A stretch of 64,000 nucleotides of DNA from assembly GCA_965205505.1 (NCBI GenBank), contig CBDBHB010000006.1, positions 288,001 through 352,000 of the forward strand, in the 5' to 3' direction. This document shows positions 28,428 through 37,787 of the stretch, piece by piece. How positions within the stretch are numbered: position 1 is the first letter of the stretch; each line of letters opens with the position of its first letter. The stretch is from Acidobacteriota bacterium (GTDB lineage: Bacteria; Acidobacteriota; UBA890; WLXD01). The notes under the pieces are model-generated. The model worked only from the letters and a program-made list of their open reading frames with translations. It was not told where the DNA came from and made no database searches. A program made the position numbers and the translations under genes.

Positions 28428-29954
28428 ATGGAAGACGTGCGGAATCGCGGCGGCCGGCACTGCGCCGCGACGTGCCTGCGGCCGACGGCGATCGCTCTGG
28501 CGCTGATCTCCACGCTGGCGCTCAGTGCGCCGGGCAGCGGACAGGACGAGGTCGATGTCCGGTTGCAACGCGGCATACAACTGCTCAGCGCAGCACGGTT
28601 GGAGGAGGCCATCGCGGAGCTCGAAGCCGCGGCTTTACTGGAGGCGCGTAACTGGCAGGTCCGTTATCATCTCGGGCGCGCTCTCTATGCTGGCGGCCGT
28701 GCCGAGGAGGCGGTGGCGCATCTGGTCGCTGCGCTCGAGCAGACGCCCGAACCGGGCCGTGTGCAATACCAGCTGGCGCAGGTCTGGCTTCAGCTAGAGG
28801 AATGGGAGGCGGCCGCCGAGGCGCTCGACGCGACCGAGCGCGCGATGCCAGGATTTCCGCCGGCGACGTTTTATCGGGGCGAGCTCTGCTACCGGCTCGG
28901 ACGCCTCGAGGTGGCACGCCGCTACGTTGAGAAAGCCGCCGAGGCCGCTCCTGACTGGGACAGGCCGCTTCTCAGCGCTGCCGTACTGGCCGAGGAGGAC
29001 GAAGATCCGGAGGCCGCGGCCCGCTGGTTGCGGGCGGCCGTTGAGCTGCGACCCGACGATGCCATGTTGCGGGTGCGGTTGGGCAGCGCCCTGGCGGCGG
29101 CGCAACAGCCGCGCGAATCACTCGTGGCGTTTCGGCGCGCCTTGGAGATCGCCCCTGATTTGGAGGCGGCGCGCGTGCGGCTCCTGGTGCAGCTCGATGC
29201 GCTCGGCGACCGCGGCGCGCTGGTTCGGGAGATCGACGCGATCCTTGCGCGCGAGCCCGGTAACGGCGCCGCCCGATCCCAGCGAGCGCGGCTGCTCAAC
29301 CGTGAGGGGCGCACGCAAGATGCTCTGGCGGAGATCGATGAAGCGATTGTCAGGCTGGCCGAGGCCACCCCGGCGCCGGGACAGAACCTCGGGACCGTGG
29401 AGCGCAACGCCAGAGGGTTTCGGGCACGACTTCTGATGCAGCTTGGTCGCAACGCCGATGCCGCCGCCGAGGCGCGGGCCTTGGTACAGGAGCATCCATG
29501 GTACCCGGAGCCATTTTTCGTGCTCGGCACGATCCTGATGCGGCAGGGAGATTCCGAGGGACGGTCGTTGCTCGAGCGCTTCAAGGCTCTGTCGGATGCT
29601 CGGGAGCATCGTCGGACTGCAGGCGGCCTCCTGCTCCGAGGAGATCTGGAGCGGGCGAGCGGCGAGTACCGGGCGGCGCTCCGGCGGACGCCGGGGGAGC
29701 AGCGGGCGAGTCTCGGTCTGGCGATCGTGTTGCGTCGCCAGGGCGATCACGCTGGTGCGCTGGCGCTCCTTACGCCGCTCACGGAAGATGTGTCGTTGCT
29801 GGCCGAATGGTATCGCGAGCTCGTGCTGGCGCTGCACGGCAGCGGTCGCGGCGACGAGGCGCACGAGCTCTGGGAGCAGCTGCACGAGCGCGGCTTCGTG
29901 CTCGGCACAGAGGTTCTGCGTGCCATGTACGCGGCCGTTTCCGCCTGTCGCTAG
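28428..29954 (+). CDS. Tetratricopeptide repeat protein with signal peptide
   Basis: TAIALALISTLALSA signal and repeated TPR units (YHLGRAL, YQLAQV, FRRALEIAP). Confidence 0.8.
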   Translation: MEDVRNRGGRHCAATCLRPTAIALALISTLALSAPGSGQDEVDVRLQRGIQLLSAARLEEAIAELEAAALLEARNWQVRYHLGRALYAGGRAEEAVAHLVAALEQTPEPGRVQYQLAQVWLQLEEWEAAAEALDATERAMPGFPPATFYRGELCYRLGRLEVARRYVEKAAEAAPDWDRPLLSAAVLAEEDEDPEAAARWLRAAVELRPDDAMLRVRLGSALAAAQQPRESLVAFRRALEIAPDLEAARVRLLVQLDALGDRGALVREIDAILAREPGNGAARSQRARLLNREGRTQDALAEIDEAIVRLAEATPAPGQNLGTVERNARGFRARLLMQLGRNADAAAEARALVQEHPWYPEPFFVLGTILMRQGDSEGRSLLERFKALSDAREHRRTAGGLLLRGDLERASGEYRAALRRTPGEQRASLGLAIVLRRQGDHAGALALLTPLTEDVSLLAEWYRELVLALHGSGRGDEAHELWEQLHERGFVLGTEVLRAMYAAVSACR

Positions 29955-30044
29955 CCGGCCACCGCGTCCGAGCGCTCGGTAGACAACGCTTCGACGACGG
30001 AAACAGTGCGTGCACGAGCAAGTGTGCGCAGCCAGCCTCAGATC

Positions 30045-30089
30045 AAAAAGAGAAGGCCGGCTGCCCGGATCGGACAGCCGGCCTGTCTC
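30045..30089 (-). terminator. Rho-independent terminator downstream of the TonB receptor gene
   Basis: Stem aggccggctg (30054-30063) / cagccggcct (30075-30084), followed on the minus strand by TCTCTTTTT. Confidence 0.75.
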
Positions 30090-30127
30090 CTACTTCTACG
30101 CGGGTTCAGCCCGCGGCGTGTGTTCGT

Positions 30128-33067
30128 CTACCAGACGAAGCGCACACCTAGGCGGAGCTCGCGGGGCTTCGACGGCCAACGTATCTTCCCGAAGGAGGAT
30201 CCCCCCTCGAGGTTGTACGTCGACTCGTACGAGGTGTCGACCTCGCCGCTGCCGTAACCGCGGCGCCAAGGGTTGGCGCGGTTGGTCAGGTTGAACACGT
30301 CGCCGATGAGCTCGATGCGGTTGTTGCCCACATCGAAGCTCTTCTGCAGCCGCAGGTCGACGTTGAACTGCCTCGGTGCGCGACGGTTACCCCTCGGCTC
30401 CAAGCGTATGCTGCGGATGCGCGTGTCGTTGAAGGAGATGCCCGTTGCCCGCACCCGGAGGTTCGGTTGCCACGGACGTCCCGACAGGGACTGTATGTAG
30501 GTGCTGGCGAGGATCCCGCCCGGCAGGCGGTAGTTCGTCAGCAGCTTGTACTGCCAGGTGCGGTCGAAGTTCAGCGGACCGTCCGTGAACGGATGGCCGT
30601 TGAACATGGGCTTCTGGGCCTCACCGAAGGCAGCGAAGCCCCAGTTCGTCTGCACCGTGTTGCCGATGTTCCCCGTCGTGCGCTGATAGGTAACCGACGC
30701 ATCGAAGTTGAACCCGGCGCTCGGGCGCTTGCGGAAGGACAAGATGGCCAAGTGATGCTTACGTTGATAGTAATCATCGTTGTTCATGAACAGGTCTTCC
30801 GGATTGTCATCCGTCCTCACATACACCGTCTGCGTCGTACCGATCACAGGGTTGGTGTACTCCACGGGGTCGTACGTGTGTGAGTTGATGTCAGTCTGGA
30901 TCAGGAAGTCCTTGTCTCTCTTGTAGATGTAGTCCGCGGTCAGCGCGTAGTCACGGCCGACTGCGACCTCCAGCCCGACGTTGAAGGCGTCGGTGCGCGG
31001 CATCCTCAAGCTGTTGGGGATGTCGCGAGGCTCGCTGACCCAGCGGTTAACGAACGAATCCGCGTTGATGATCGAAGCTACGAGCGCATCGGCCTGCTCC
31101 GGAGAGAGACCGTCGAGGGTGTCGTAGTCGACCGCTGGCAACAAGGTGAAGTAGTCGTCCGCCGCCTCGAAGGCGTTGCCGCCCTGCGCGATCGGACCGT
31201 AGGTCAACGCCTTCTCGAAGTAGCGTCCCCAACCGACGTGGGCAACCCACTTACCTTCACCCGTTACGTCCCAGTTCAGGCCGATACGGGGGGCATAGTT
31301 CTGGTAGCTGGTGAGCTGTCCCCCATTGAAGTTGGGGTCTCCGGCAGGAGTGCCAATGGGATTGCCCTGGCGCGGACGCCGTGCGTCGGTGCGCGTGCAG
31401 CAATTGTCGTGGATCTGCGGGTTGTCGAAGCGGAAGCCCACGTTCGCCGTGATGTTGTCGCTGAACGTGATGTCATCCTGCACGAAGGCAGCATAGCGGT
31501 TCACGCCGACATCCAGATGGGCATCGTACGTATAGCCATACGCGTACGTATAGCCATAGTAGTCACCGAGGGAGAGCCAGGCTCCGCCGTAATCGCTGAG
31601 GAACAGCGACCACGTGTTTTCGTACTCCGCACCGATCTTGAGGGTGTGGGAGCCGCCCAGGAAGTCGTCGACATACTGCGTCACGCTGGTGTTGATCTCG
31701 TGACGACCGTTGGTCTCATCCCAGTTGTAGGCGCTGGATGAGTAGGTAACACCGGTCTGCCAGGCATTGATGATCGGCAGGCTACATCCAGGCGGCTTGA
31801 TGCGGTCATTCTGCGAATTGCACGAGTTGGCGAAGCGGAAGTTGTCGCCAAGATAGCCGCCATAGCGGAAGTCCAGGAACGTGTCGTCGCCGAGCTCCGA
31901 CTGCCAGGTGGCAAGCCAGGTCTGCGAACCGAAGGTGAACCCGTAGCCGATCGAGTCGCTGTCACCAGCGCTGCGGCCGAGGTTCTCGTCGGTGCCCGGA
32001 TCCGAGCTGAGCATGATGCCGAACGTGTTCTTGTCGTTGGCGAGGAAGTCCAACCGGCCATGGAACCGCTGACGCTTCGTGTTCTCGAAGATGTCAGAGC
32101 CGAAGGCCGCTTCGTTGTGGCGCTGCAGGCCGTAGTTACCGAAGCCCATCAGCTTGTTGCGGATGATGGGTCCGCCGAACGTGACCGAGAAGTCGTGGTC
32201 GTACTTGAACTCGCCACGCTTCCAGTCGAGGAAGCCACCGGAGTTGTCGCCCCGGAGCCCGCCGCCGGTGTAGTACCAGTTGGCCGAGCCAGCGAACTCG
32301 TTGGTGCCACCCTTGGTCACGATGTTGATCGTGGCGCCGGTGAAGTTGCCGTACTCAGCGGAGGCACCAATACCGACCACCTGAATCTCGGCGACGGTGT
32401 CGATGCTCGGGTTGATCCACGTGGCGCCCCAGTCGGGCTCGGTCACGTCGACACCGTTGAGCTTGTAGGCGTTGGCCGACGAGCCACGACGATACCGGCC
32501 GGTACCATCAGACTCGACGTTGGCGCCAGCGCCGTACGCGCCCCGGTCGGTGAACCCGGCCGTCAGATCGCCAACCGCGACGAACTCACGCGCGATCGGG
32601 ATGTTCTGGATGAGCTCCTCGCCGTAGTTGGCATTGATCGACGCCGCGGTCACATCGATCAGCGGTGTCTCACCGCTGACGGTGACGGTCTCGGACACAC
32701 CCTCGAGCTCGAGGCTGAAATCGACGTTTGCGGTGATGCCCGTCTGGACCGAGGCGGTGAATATTTGCCCACCGAAGCCAGGCATCGTCACCGTGACGGT
32801 GTAGGAGCCTGGTCGCAGCGCGCGGAACACGTAGTCACCGTTGGGGCCAGTAACCTTGGTCAACGAGGCCTGGATCAAGTTCTGACCCTCGACCGTGACC
32901 GTTGCTCCCGGCAAGCCGGCACCGTCCGGATCTTGGACGGTTCCCTCGATATCACCCGTGGCCATCGCGCCCTGCGCGAAAGCCTGAGTGGTAACGAGGG
33001 GAGCGATGAGCATAAACGTCGCCGCCACGGCGACGCTTAAGAGCGTGGCGAAATGCCGGACTGTCAT
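30128..33067 (-). CDS. TonB-dependent receptor (Oar-like, N-terminal carboxypeptidase-regulatory-like domain)
   Basis: GGGAG RBS and signal peptide. GDIEGTVQDPDGAGLPGATVTV, SAEYGNFTGATINIVTKGGTNEFAGS, GGPIIRNKL, FVQDD, APRIG, aromatic C-terminus RLGVRFVW. Confidence 0.93.
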   Translation of the reverse strand: MTVRHFATLLSVAVAATFMLIAPLVTTQAFAQGAMATGDIEGTVQDPDGAGLPGATVTVEGQNLIQASLTKVTGPNGDYVFRALRPGSYTVTVTMPGFGGQIFTASVQTGITANVDFSLELEGVSETVTVSGETPLIDVTAASINANYGEELIQNIPIAREFVAVGDLTAGFTDRGAYGAGANVESDGTGRYRRGSSANAYKLNGVDVTEPDWGATWINPSIDTVAEIQVVGIGASAEYGNFTGATINIVTKGGTNEFAGSANWYYTGGGLRGDNSGGFLDWKRGEFKYDHDFSVTFGGPIIRNKLMGFGNYGLQRHNEAAFGSDIFENTKRQRFHGRLDFLANDKNTFGIMLSSDPGTDENLGRSAGDSDSIGYGFTFGSQTWLATWQSELGDDTFLDFRYGGYLGDNFRFANSCNSQNDRIKPPGCSLPIINAWQTGVTYSSSAYNWDETNGRHEINTSVTQYVDDFLGGSHTLKIGAEYENTWSLFLSDYGGAWLSLGDYYGYTYAYGYTYDAHLDVGVNRYAAFVQDDITFSDNITANVGFRFDNPQIHDNCCTRTDARRPRQGNPIGTPAGDPNFNGGQLTSYQNYAPRIGLNWDVTGEGKWVAHVGWGRYFEKALTYGPIAQGGNAFEAADDYFTLLPAVDYDTLDGLSPEQADALVASIINADSFVNRWVSEPRDIPNSLRMPRTDAFNVGLEVAVGRDYALTADYIYKRDKDFLIQTDINSHTYDPVEYTNPVIGTTQTVYVRTDDNPEDLFMNNDDYYQRKHHLAILSFRKRPSAGFNFDASVTYQRTTGNIGNTVQTNWGFAAFGEAQKPMFNGHPFTDGPLNFDRTWQYKLLTNYRLPGGILASTYIQSLSGRPWQPNLRVRATGISFNDTRIRSIRLEPRGNRRAPRQFNVDLRLQKSFDVGNNRIELIGDVFNLTNRANPWRRGYGSGEVDTSYESTYNLEGGSSFGKIRWPSKPRELRLGVRFVW

Positions 33068-33116
33068 CGCGTTTCTCCCTGTGTTGGGGGTTGGGGACAC
33101 AGATCAACCAGCTTTT

Positions 33117-33133
33117 ATGCAATTTCTATTCCG
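33117..33133 (-). promoter_or_regulatory. Candidate sigma-54 (-24/-12) promoter for the TonB receptor
   Basis: Minus strand CGGAATAGAAATTGCAT has GG-N10-GC spacing with TTGCA, about 50 bp upstream of the ATG in an AT-rich intergenic region. The -24 box deviates from TGGCAC. Confidence 0.45.
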
Positions 33134-33392
33134 ATTTTTCCGGGATTTCTCCAAGCCCTCGATGCACAGGCGTACCGTGGGCGCCCAAGTCAGGTGCGTC
33201 TAGCCGGAATCCGGGGCGCCGCGGTCCTGTCCTAGGGTGAGTTCCGGCGTCAGAGGCCAGAATTCATGGCTCGTAGCAACTTTCTATCCAAGTGGTTGGA
33301 GGCTCGCTCCAACTATTTGAATTTCTGGTCCTGCTTTCGTCGGGCGGAGGAGCGTTGGGACGGGGCAGATTGGCACCAGCCCGCCTGCTCGA

Positions 33393-34550
33393 CTAGCCGA
33401 TGAGGCCGCTGCCACGCTTGAGCAACTGTGCCGCGATGATCAGCCGCTGGATCTCCGACGTGCCCTCCCATATACGATCCACCCGCAGCTCGCGGAAGAA
33501 GCGCTCGGCGACGTTCTCGCGCATGTAACCGCGCCCGCCGAAGATCTGCACGGCTCGATCGGCCACTCGATTGGCCATCTCAGAGGCATAGAGCTTGGCC
33601 ATCGAGCACTGGGAGTGTTGCAGCTTGACGTCGACGTCGGCATCGATCTCTCGCGCCGTCTCATAGGTCATCAGGCGTGCTGCCCACAGCTCGGTGATCG
33701 AGTCGGCGAGCATGAACTGAATAGCCTGGTACTCGGAGATCGGGTGGCCGTAGGCGATGCGCTTCTTCGCGAAGGCCGAGGCTTCATCGATCAATCGCTC
33801 GGCGGCGCCGCAGCAGCGGGCGGCGATCATCAGCCGCTCGTAGCGGAACCAGGCATGAGCGTACTGCATGCCGCCATCCTCATCGCCGACGAGATTGGCC
33901 GCCGGCACGCGAACGTCGGCGAAGCTGATGATCGGGTGATGGTGTGAGTACGTGTGGGTGTAGGCCGGCGTGCGGTCGACGCTGATGCCCGGGGTGTCGA
34001 TGTCGACGAAGAACAGCGCGTGGTTGCCTTCCGGCAGCTTCGCCTGGAAGAAGAGGTAGTCGGCGTGGTTGTACGACGTGACATGCCACTTGACGCCGTT
34101 GAGCACGTAGTCGTCGCCGTCCCGCACCGCCGTCGACTCGATGGCGTCGACATCGGATCCGGCTCCCTCTTCGGTGATCGCGTAGCATTCGCTCCGCCTG
34201 CCCTCGACCGTCGGAACGATCCAGATGTCCAGCTGATGCCGGGTCGCGATGTCGATGATCCAGTTGGGCGGCGTCCAGACGACCCACCCCAGACCGTTGG
34301 TTACAGCCCCGATCTGTTCGGAGATCAGCGTCTGCTGTAGGTGGGTGAAGCCGGGGCCCCCGAGGCTCTCGGGCATGCTCATCGCCCCGAGGCCGAGCTC
34401 CAGGACACGCGCCTGCAGCGTCTCCCGCATTCCCGGAGGCAGCTCGCCTTCGTGGGCCTCTGCATACTCCTCGTGCGGAATCAGCTCCTCCCGCACGAAG
34501 GCTCGCGCCCGGGTCTGGATCTCGCGGTCTTCTTCGCTCAGTCTGTACAT
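33393..34550 (-). CDS. Acyl-CoA dehydrogenase
   Basis: AITEEGAGSD, LNGVKWHVT, YQAIQFMLAD, AVQIFGGRGY, RIWEGTSEIQR. Confidence 0.95.
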   Translation of the reverse strand: MYRLSEEDREIQTRARAFVREELIPHEEYAEAHEGELPPGMRETLQARVLELGLGAMSMPESLGGPGFTHLQQTLISEQIGAVTNGLGWVVWTPPNWIIDIATRHQLDIWIVPTVEGRRSECYAITEEGAGSDVDAIESTAVRDGDDYVLNGVKWHVTSYNHADYLFFQAKLPEGNHALFFVDIDTPGISVDRTPAYTHTYSHHHPIISFADVRVPAANLVGDEDGGMQYAHAWFRYERLMIAARCCGAAERLIDEASAFAKKRIAYGHPISEYQAIQFMLADSITELWAARLMTYETAREIDADVDVKLQHSQCSMAKLYASEMANRVADRAVQIFGGRGYMRENVAERFFRELRVDRIWEGTSEIQRLIIAAQLLKRGSGLIG

Positions 34551-34590
34551 TCAGCCACCGCTCCGAATGCCGCTCCGGCGTGCCGCTACC

Positions 34591-36177
34591 TCACGGGCGT
34601 CCTGACAGGATCTGTCGCGCGGCGTTACGTCCCGGCAATCCGGTCAACACGCCCCCCGGATGGGACCCCGAGCCACACAGGTAGACGTTTTCCACCGGCG
34701 CACGGTAACGCGCAGCGCCCGGGATCGGTCGCATGAACAGCAGCTGATCGAGGGTCATCTCGCCATGGTGCAGGTTGCCCTCCGGTAGATCGAAAAGCGC
34801 TTCCAGGTCGGTCGGCGTCAGTACCTGCGAGTCGACGATCGTGTCGCCGGCGCCGGGCGCATACTCGCCCAGCGTCGCCAGCACCGTCTCCAACAGCCTG
34901 GCTCGATGGTCTTCGTTCCAGCCTCCGTCGATGTGATACGGCGCGTATTGCACGGCGATCGACATGGTGTGGTAGCCGGGGGGTGCCAGGGTGTCGTCGG
35001 CCCCCGACGGTACGGAGATATCCAGATAGGGTCGTTCCGACATGTCGCCGTACTTGACGTGATCGTAGGCGCGCTGCAGATAGTCCATCGTCGGGGCGAT
35101 CTGGACGTGCCCGCTGGTGCGTAGCTCGCTCTCCGTGATGCCCGTGAACTCCGGCAGTGCGCTCAGTGCCAGGTGCACCCGGGCGCTGGATCCCCGGTAT
35201 TTGATGTTGCGCACATGTTGCACGGTCGCGGCCGACATGCGCGTCGGGTCGAGCAGGTTCAGGAACGTCGTGCGGGGCGAGGCACCAGAGACCACGATAT
35301 CGGCCGGAATCGACGCGCCGCTCTGCAGCGTGACTCCGGTGGCCGCTCCGGCAACGTGGTCGATGGCGGCGACGGGCTCGCCCGTTCGTATCTCGACGCC
35401 GGCGCTGCGTGCCGCCTCGGCGAGCGCCTCGGTCAGCTTGCCGGCGCCGCCACGTAATAGCGATCCGGACCGGAACAATCCGGTGTCGCTGCACGCCCAG
35501 CGGTGCAGAAGCAGATAGGCGGTGCCCGCCTCCCGCGGGCCCCAGGTCATCGCACGCACGCCGCTGGCGGCGATGGCGCCTTTCACGACCCCCGACTCGA
35601 ACCACTCGTTGAGGAGGTCGGCAGCTGGCATCGGCAGTACGCGGGCGAGCTCCGGGATGTTCTTGCGGCCCATCTTGCGCAGCGGCCCGAGTAGGCCCAG
35701 CATGCCGATCAGATCGCGCCCCGTCACGTCCGGGATGTCGGGAGGGGTTACTGCCAGCAGACCGCGAAGCATGCCCGTGAGCCGCTGCATGAGATCGACG
35801 AACTGCGGATAGTGCGCCGCATCGGCAGCACTGTAACGCTCGATCTCGGAGGCGGTGCGCGAGGCGTCGCGCCAGATCCGCAGGCAGCTACCGTCCGGTT
35901 GGGGCGACAGCAGCACCGGGTCGACCTCGATGGTCTCGAGGCCGCATCCCGACAGACCGAGATCCCCGGCGATCTCGGGCGCCAGGTACGACGAGGCGGC
36001 GTCGGCGCAGGTGGAGAATCGGTAGCCGGGAATCAATTCCTCGGTGACCGCGATCCCGCCGACCGCATCACGCCGCTCGAGCACGAGAACGCGCCGTCCC
36101 GCCCTCGCCAGGTAGGCTGCCGCGACCAGACCGTTGTGGCCGGCGCCGATCACGACAACGTCGAATCGATCGGCCAT
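34591..36177 (-). CDS. Phytoene dehydrogenase-related FAD oxidoreductase (COG1233), putative second subunit
   Basis: ATG 36177 overlaps the upstream stop (TGATG). GAGHNGL, GNLHHGE, YLCGSGSHPGG. Confidence 0.88.
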   Translation of the reverse strand: MADRFDVVVIGAGHNGLVAAAYLARAGRRVLVLERRDAVGGIAVTEELIPGYRFSTCADAASSYLAPEIAGDLGLSGCGLETIEVDPVLLSPQPDGSCLRIWRDASRTASEIERYSAADAAHYPQFVDLMQRLTGMLRGLLAVTPPDIPDVTGRDLIGMLGLLGPLRKMGRKNIPELARVLPMPAADLLNEWFESGVVKGAIAASGVRAMTWGPREAGTAYLLLHRWACSDTGLFRSGSLLRGGAGKLTEALAEAARSAGVEIRTGEPVAAIDHVAGAATGVTLQSGASIPADIVVSGASPRTTFLNLLDPTRMSAATVQHVRNIKYRGSSARVHLALSALPEFTGITESELRTSGHVQIAPTMDYLQRAYDHVKYGDMSERPYLDISVPSGADDTLAPPGYHTMSIAVQYAPYHIDGGWNEDHRARLLETVLATLGEYAPGAGDTIVDSQVLTPTDLEALFDLPEGNLHHGEMTLDQLLFMRPIPGAARYRAPVENVYLCGSGSHPGGVLTGLPGRNAARQILSGRP

Positions 36178-37787
36178 CAACTTGTCCCCCTGAGAATCTC
36201 GAGAGCGGCGAGGCGGCCGGGGCCGCCGGTGATCCCGCCGCCCGGATGCGTGCCCGATCCGCACTGGTAGTAGTTGCGGATCGGTGTTCGGTGCTGCGCC
36301 CAGCCGGCCGCAGGCCGCAGGAAGAACAGCTGATCGAGGGTGAGCTCACCTTGGAAGATGTTGCCGGTAGTGAGGGCGAACTCTTGCTCGATATCCCAGG
36401 GTGAGAGCACCTGACGGTGCAGGATCAGGTCCTTGAGATTGGGTGCGAACTCGGCGAGCGTGTCGACGACCGCGTCGCCGAAGTTCTCGCGCTCGTCCTC
36501 CCAGGTGCTGTCTGCGAGCTCGTAGTTAGCGTACTGCACGAAGATCGACATGACGTGCTTGCCCGGTGGTGCCATCGACGGGTCGACGACGGTGGGAACC
36601 ACGAGGTCCATGTACGGCCGGCTGGAAAAGCCACCGTACTTGGCCTCGTCGTACGCCCGCTCCATGTAGGCGAGGCTCGGCGCGATCTCGACCATGCCGA
36701 CGCCGTGCAGGTAGGTCGGGTCCGGTGCGGCGGTGAAGTCCGGAAGCCCGTCGAGCGCCAGATTGACCTTTCCGGAGGAGCCGCGGAACTTGAACTTCTC
36801 GATCGACTCGACCAGCTCGCCGGGCAGATCCTTGCGATCGAGCAGCTTCAGGAACGTCACCTTCGGATCGCATCCGGAGACCACGACGTCGGCGTGGATC
36901 TCCTCGCCGCTCTGCAGCGCCACGCCAACGGCTCGTCCGTTCTTGACGATCACCTGCTCCACCGCTGTATTGCAGCGTGTTTCCGCCCCGTGGCTGCGTG
37001 CGGCGCTCGCCAGTGCCTCGCTGACACCGCCGGTGCCGCCTTTCTGTGATCCCCAGGCGGTGAAGGCGCCGTCGAGCTCACCCATGTAGTGGTGCAGGAG
37101 CACGTAGGCGGTGCCCGGCGAGCACGGGCCAAGCATGGTGCCGATGATGCCGCTGATCGACATCGCCGCCTTCATCACATCGGTCTCGAAGAACTCGGCG
37201 AGAAAGTCCGCTGCGCTCATCGTCATGATCTTGTGCAGGTAATGGAACTTGCGCTTGCCGAGTCCTTGCATGTGGCGCGACAGCTCGCGCAGCGTGCCGA
37301 GGTCGCGCAGGCTCGGCGACACCAGGTCTGGCGGTACCATGCCGAGGATCGGCTTCACCGCGTACGCCATCTCGAACATGAGCTGGTGGAATTCCTCGTA
37401 GCGGTCGGCGTCACGCACCGAATGGCGCTTGATCTCCTCGCGCGTGCTGGCGGCGTCGGGCCAGAAGGCGATGTAGTCGCCGTCCTCCATCGGTGTGAAC
37501 GCGCCGGTCAACGGGACGATCTGGAGCCCGTGTTTGGCCAGCTCGAGCTCGCGAATGACCTCGGGACGAAGCAGGCTGACGACATAGGAGCACACGGTGT
37601 ACGTGAACCCCGGGTAGACCTCCTCGCTGACCGCCGCACCGCCCACGATGTGCCGGCGCTCGAGCACCAGCACCTTGCGCCCCGCCTTGGCGAGGTAGGC
37701 GGCGGTCGTCAATCCGTTGTGGCCACCCCCGACGACGATGGCGTCGTACTTGGTGGTGATCCCAGTGGGGCTACCGGTGGCGCTCAC
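36177..37787 (-). CDS. Phytoene dehydrogenase-related FAD oxidoreductase (COG1233/PYROXD2-like)
   Basis: GTG 37787 (GTGA overlap). YDAIVVGGGHNGL, SYVVSLLRP, GTAYVLLHH, GNIFQGE, CGSGTHPGGG. Confidence 0.9.
   Translation of the reverse strand: MSATGSPTGITTKYDAIVVGGGHNGLTTAAYLAKAGRKVLVLERRHIVGGAAVSEEVYPGFTYTVCSYVVSLLRPEVIRELELAKHGLQIVPLTGAFTPMEDGDYIAFWPDAASTREEIKRHSVRDADRYEEFHQLMFEMAYAVKPILGMVPPDLVSPSLRDLGTLRELSRHMQGLGKRKFHYLHKIMTMSAADFLAEFFETDVMKAAMSISGIIGTMLGPCSPGTAYVLLHHYMGELDGAFTAWGSQKGGTGGVSEALASAARSHGAETRCNTAVEQVIVKNGRAVGVALQSGEEIHADVVVSGCDPKVTFLKLLDRKDLPGELVESIEKFKFRGSSGKVNLALDGLPDFTAAPDPTYLHGVGMVEIAPSLAYMERAYDEAKYGGFSSRPYMDLVVPTVVDPSMAPPGKHVMSIFVQYANYELADSTWEDERENFGDAVVDTLAEFAPNLKDLILHRQVLSPWDIEQEFALTTGNIFQGELTLDQLFFLRPAAGWAQHRTPIRNYYQCGSGTHPGGGITGGPGRLAALEILRGTS

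Noticed and set aside
13010-37787. Carotenoid biosynthesis from three phytoene-dehydrogenase-like genes
   Set aside because: No phytoene synthase, cyclase or prenyltransferase is present. The motifs (GHNGL, THPGGG) fit the PYROXD2-like branch and the context is catabolic.
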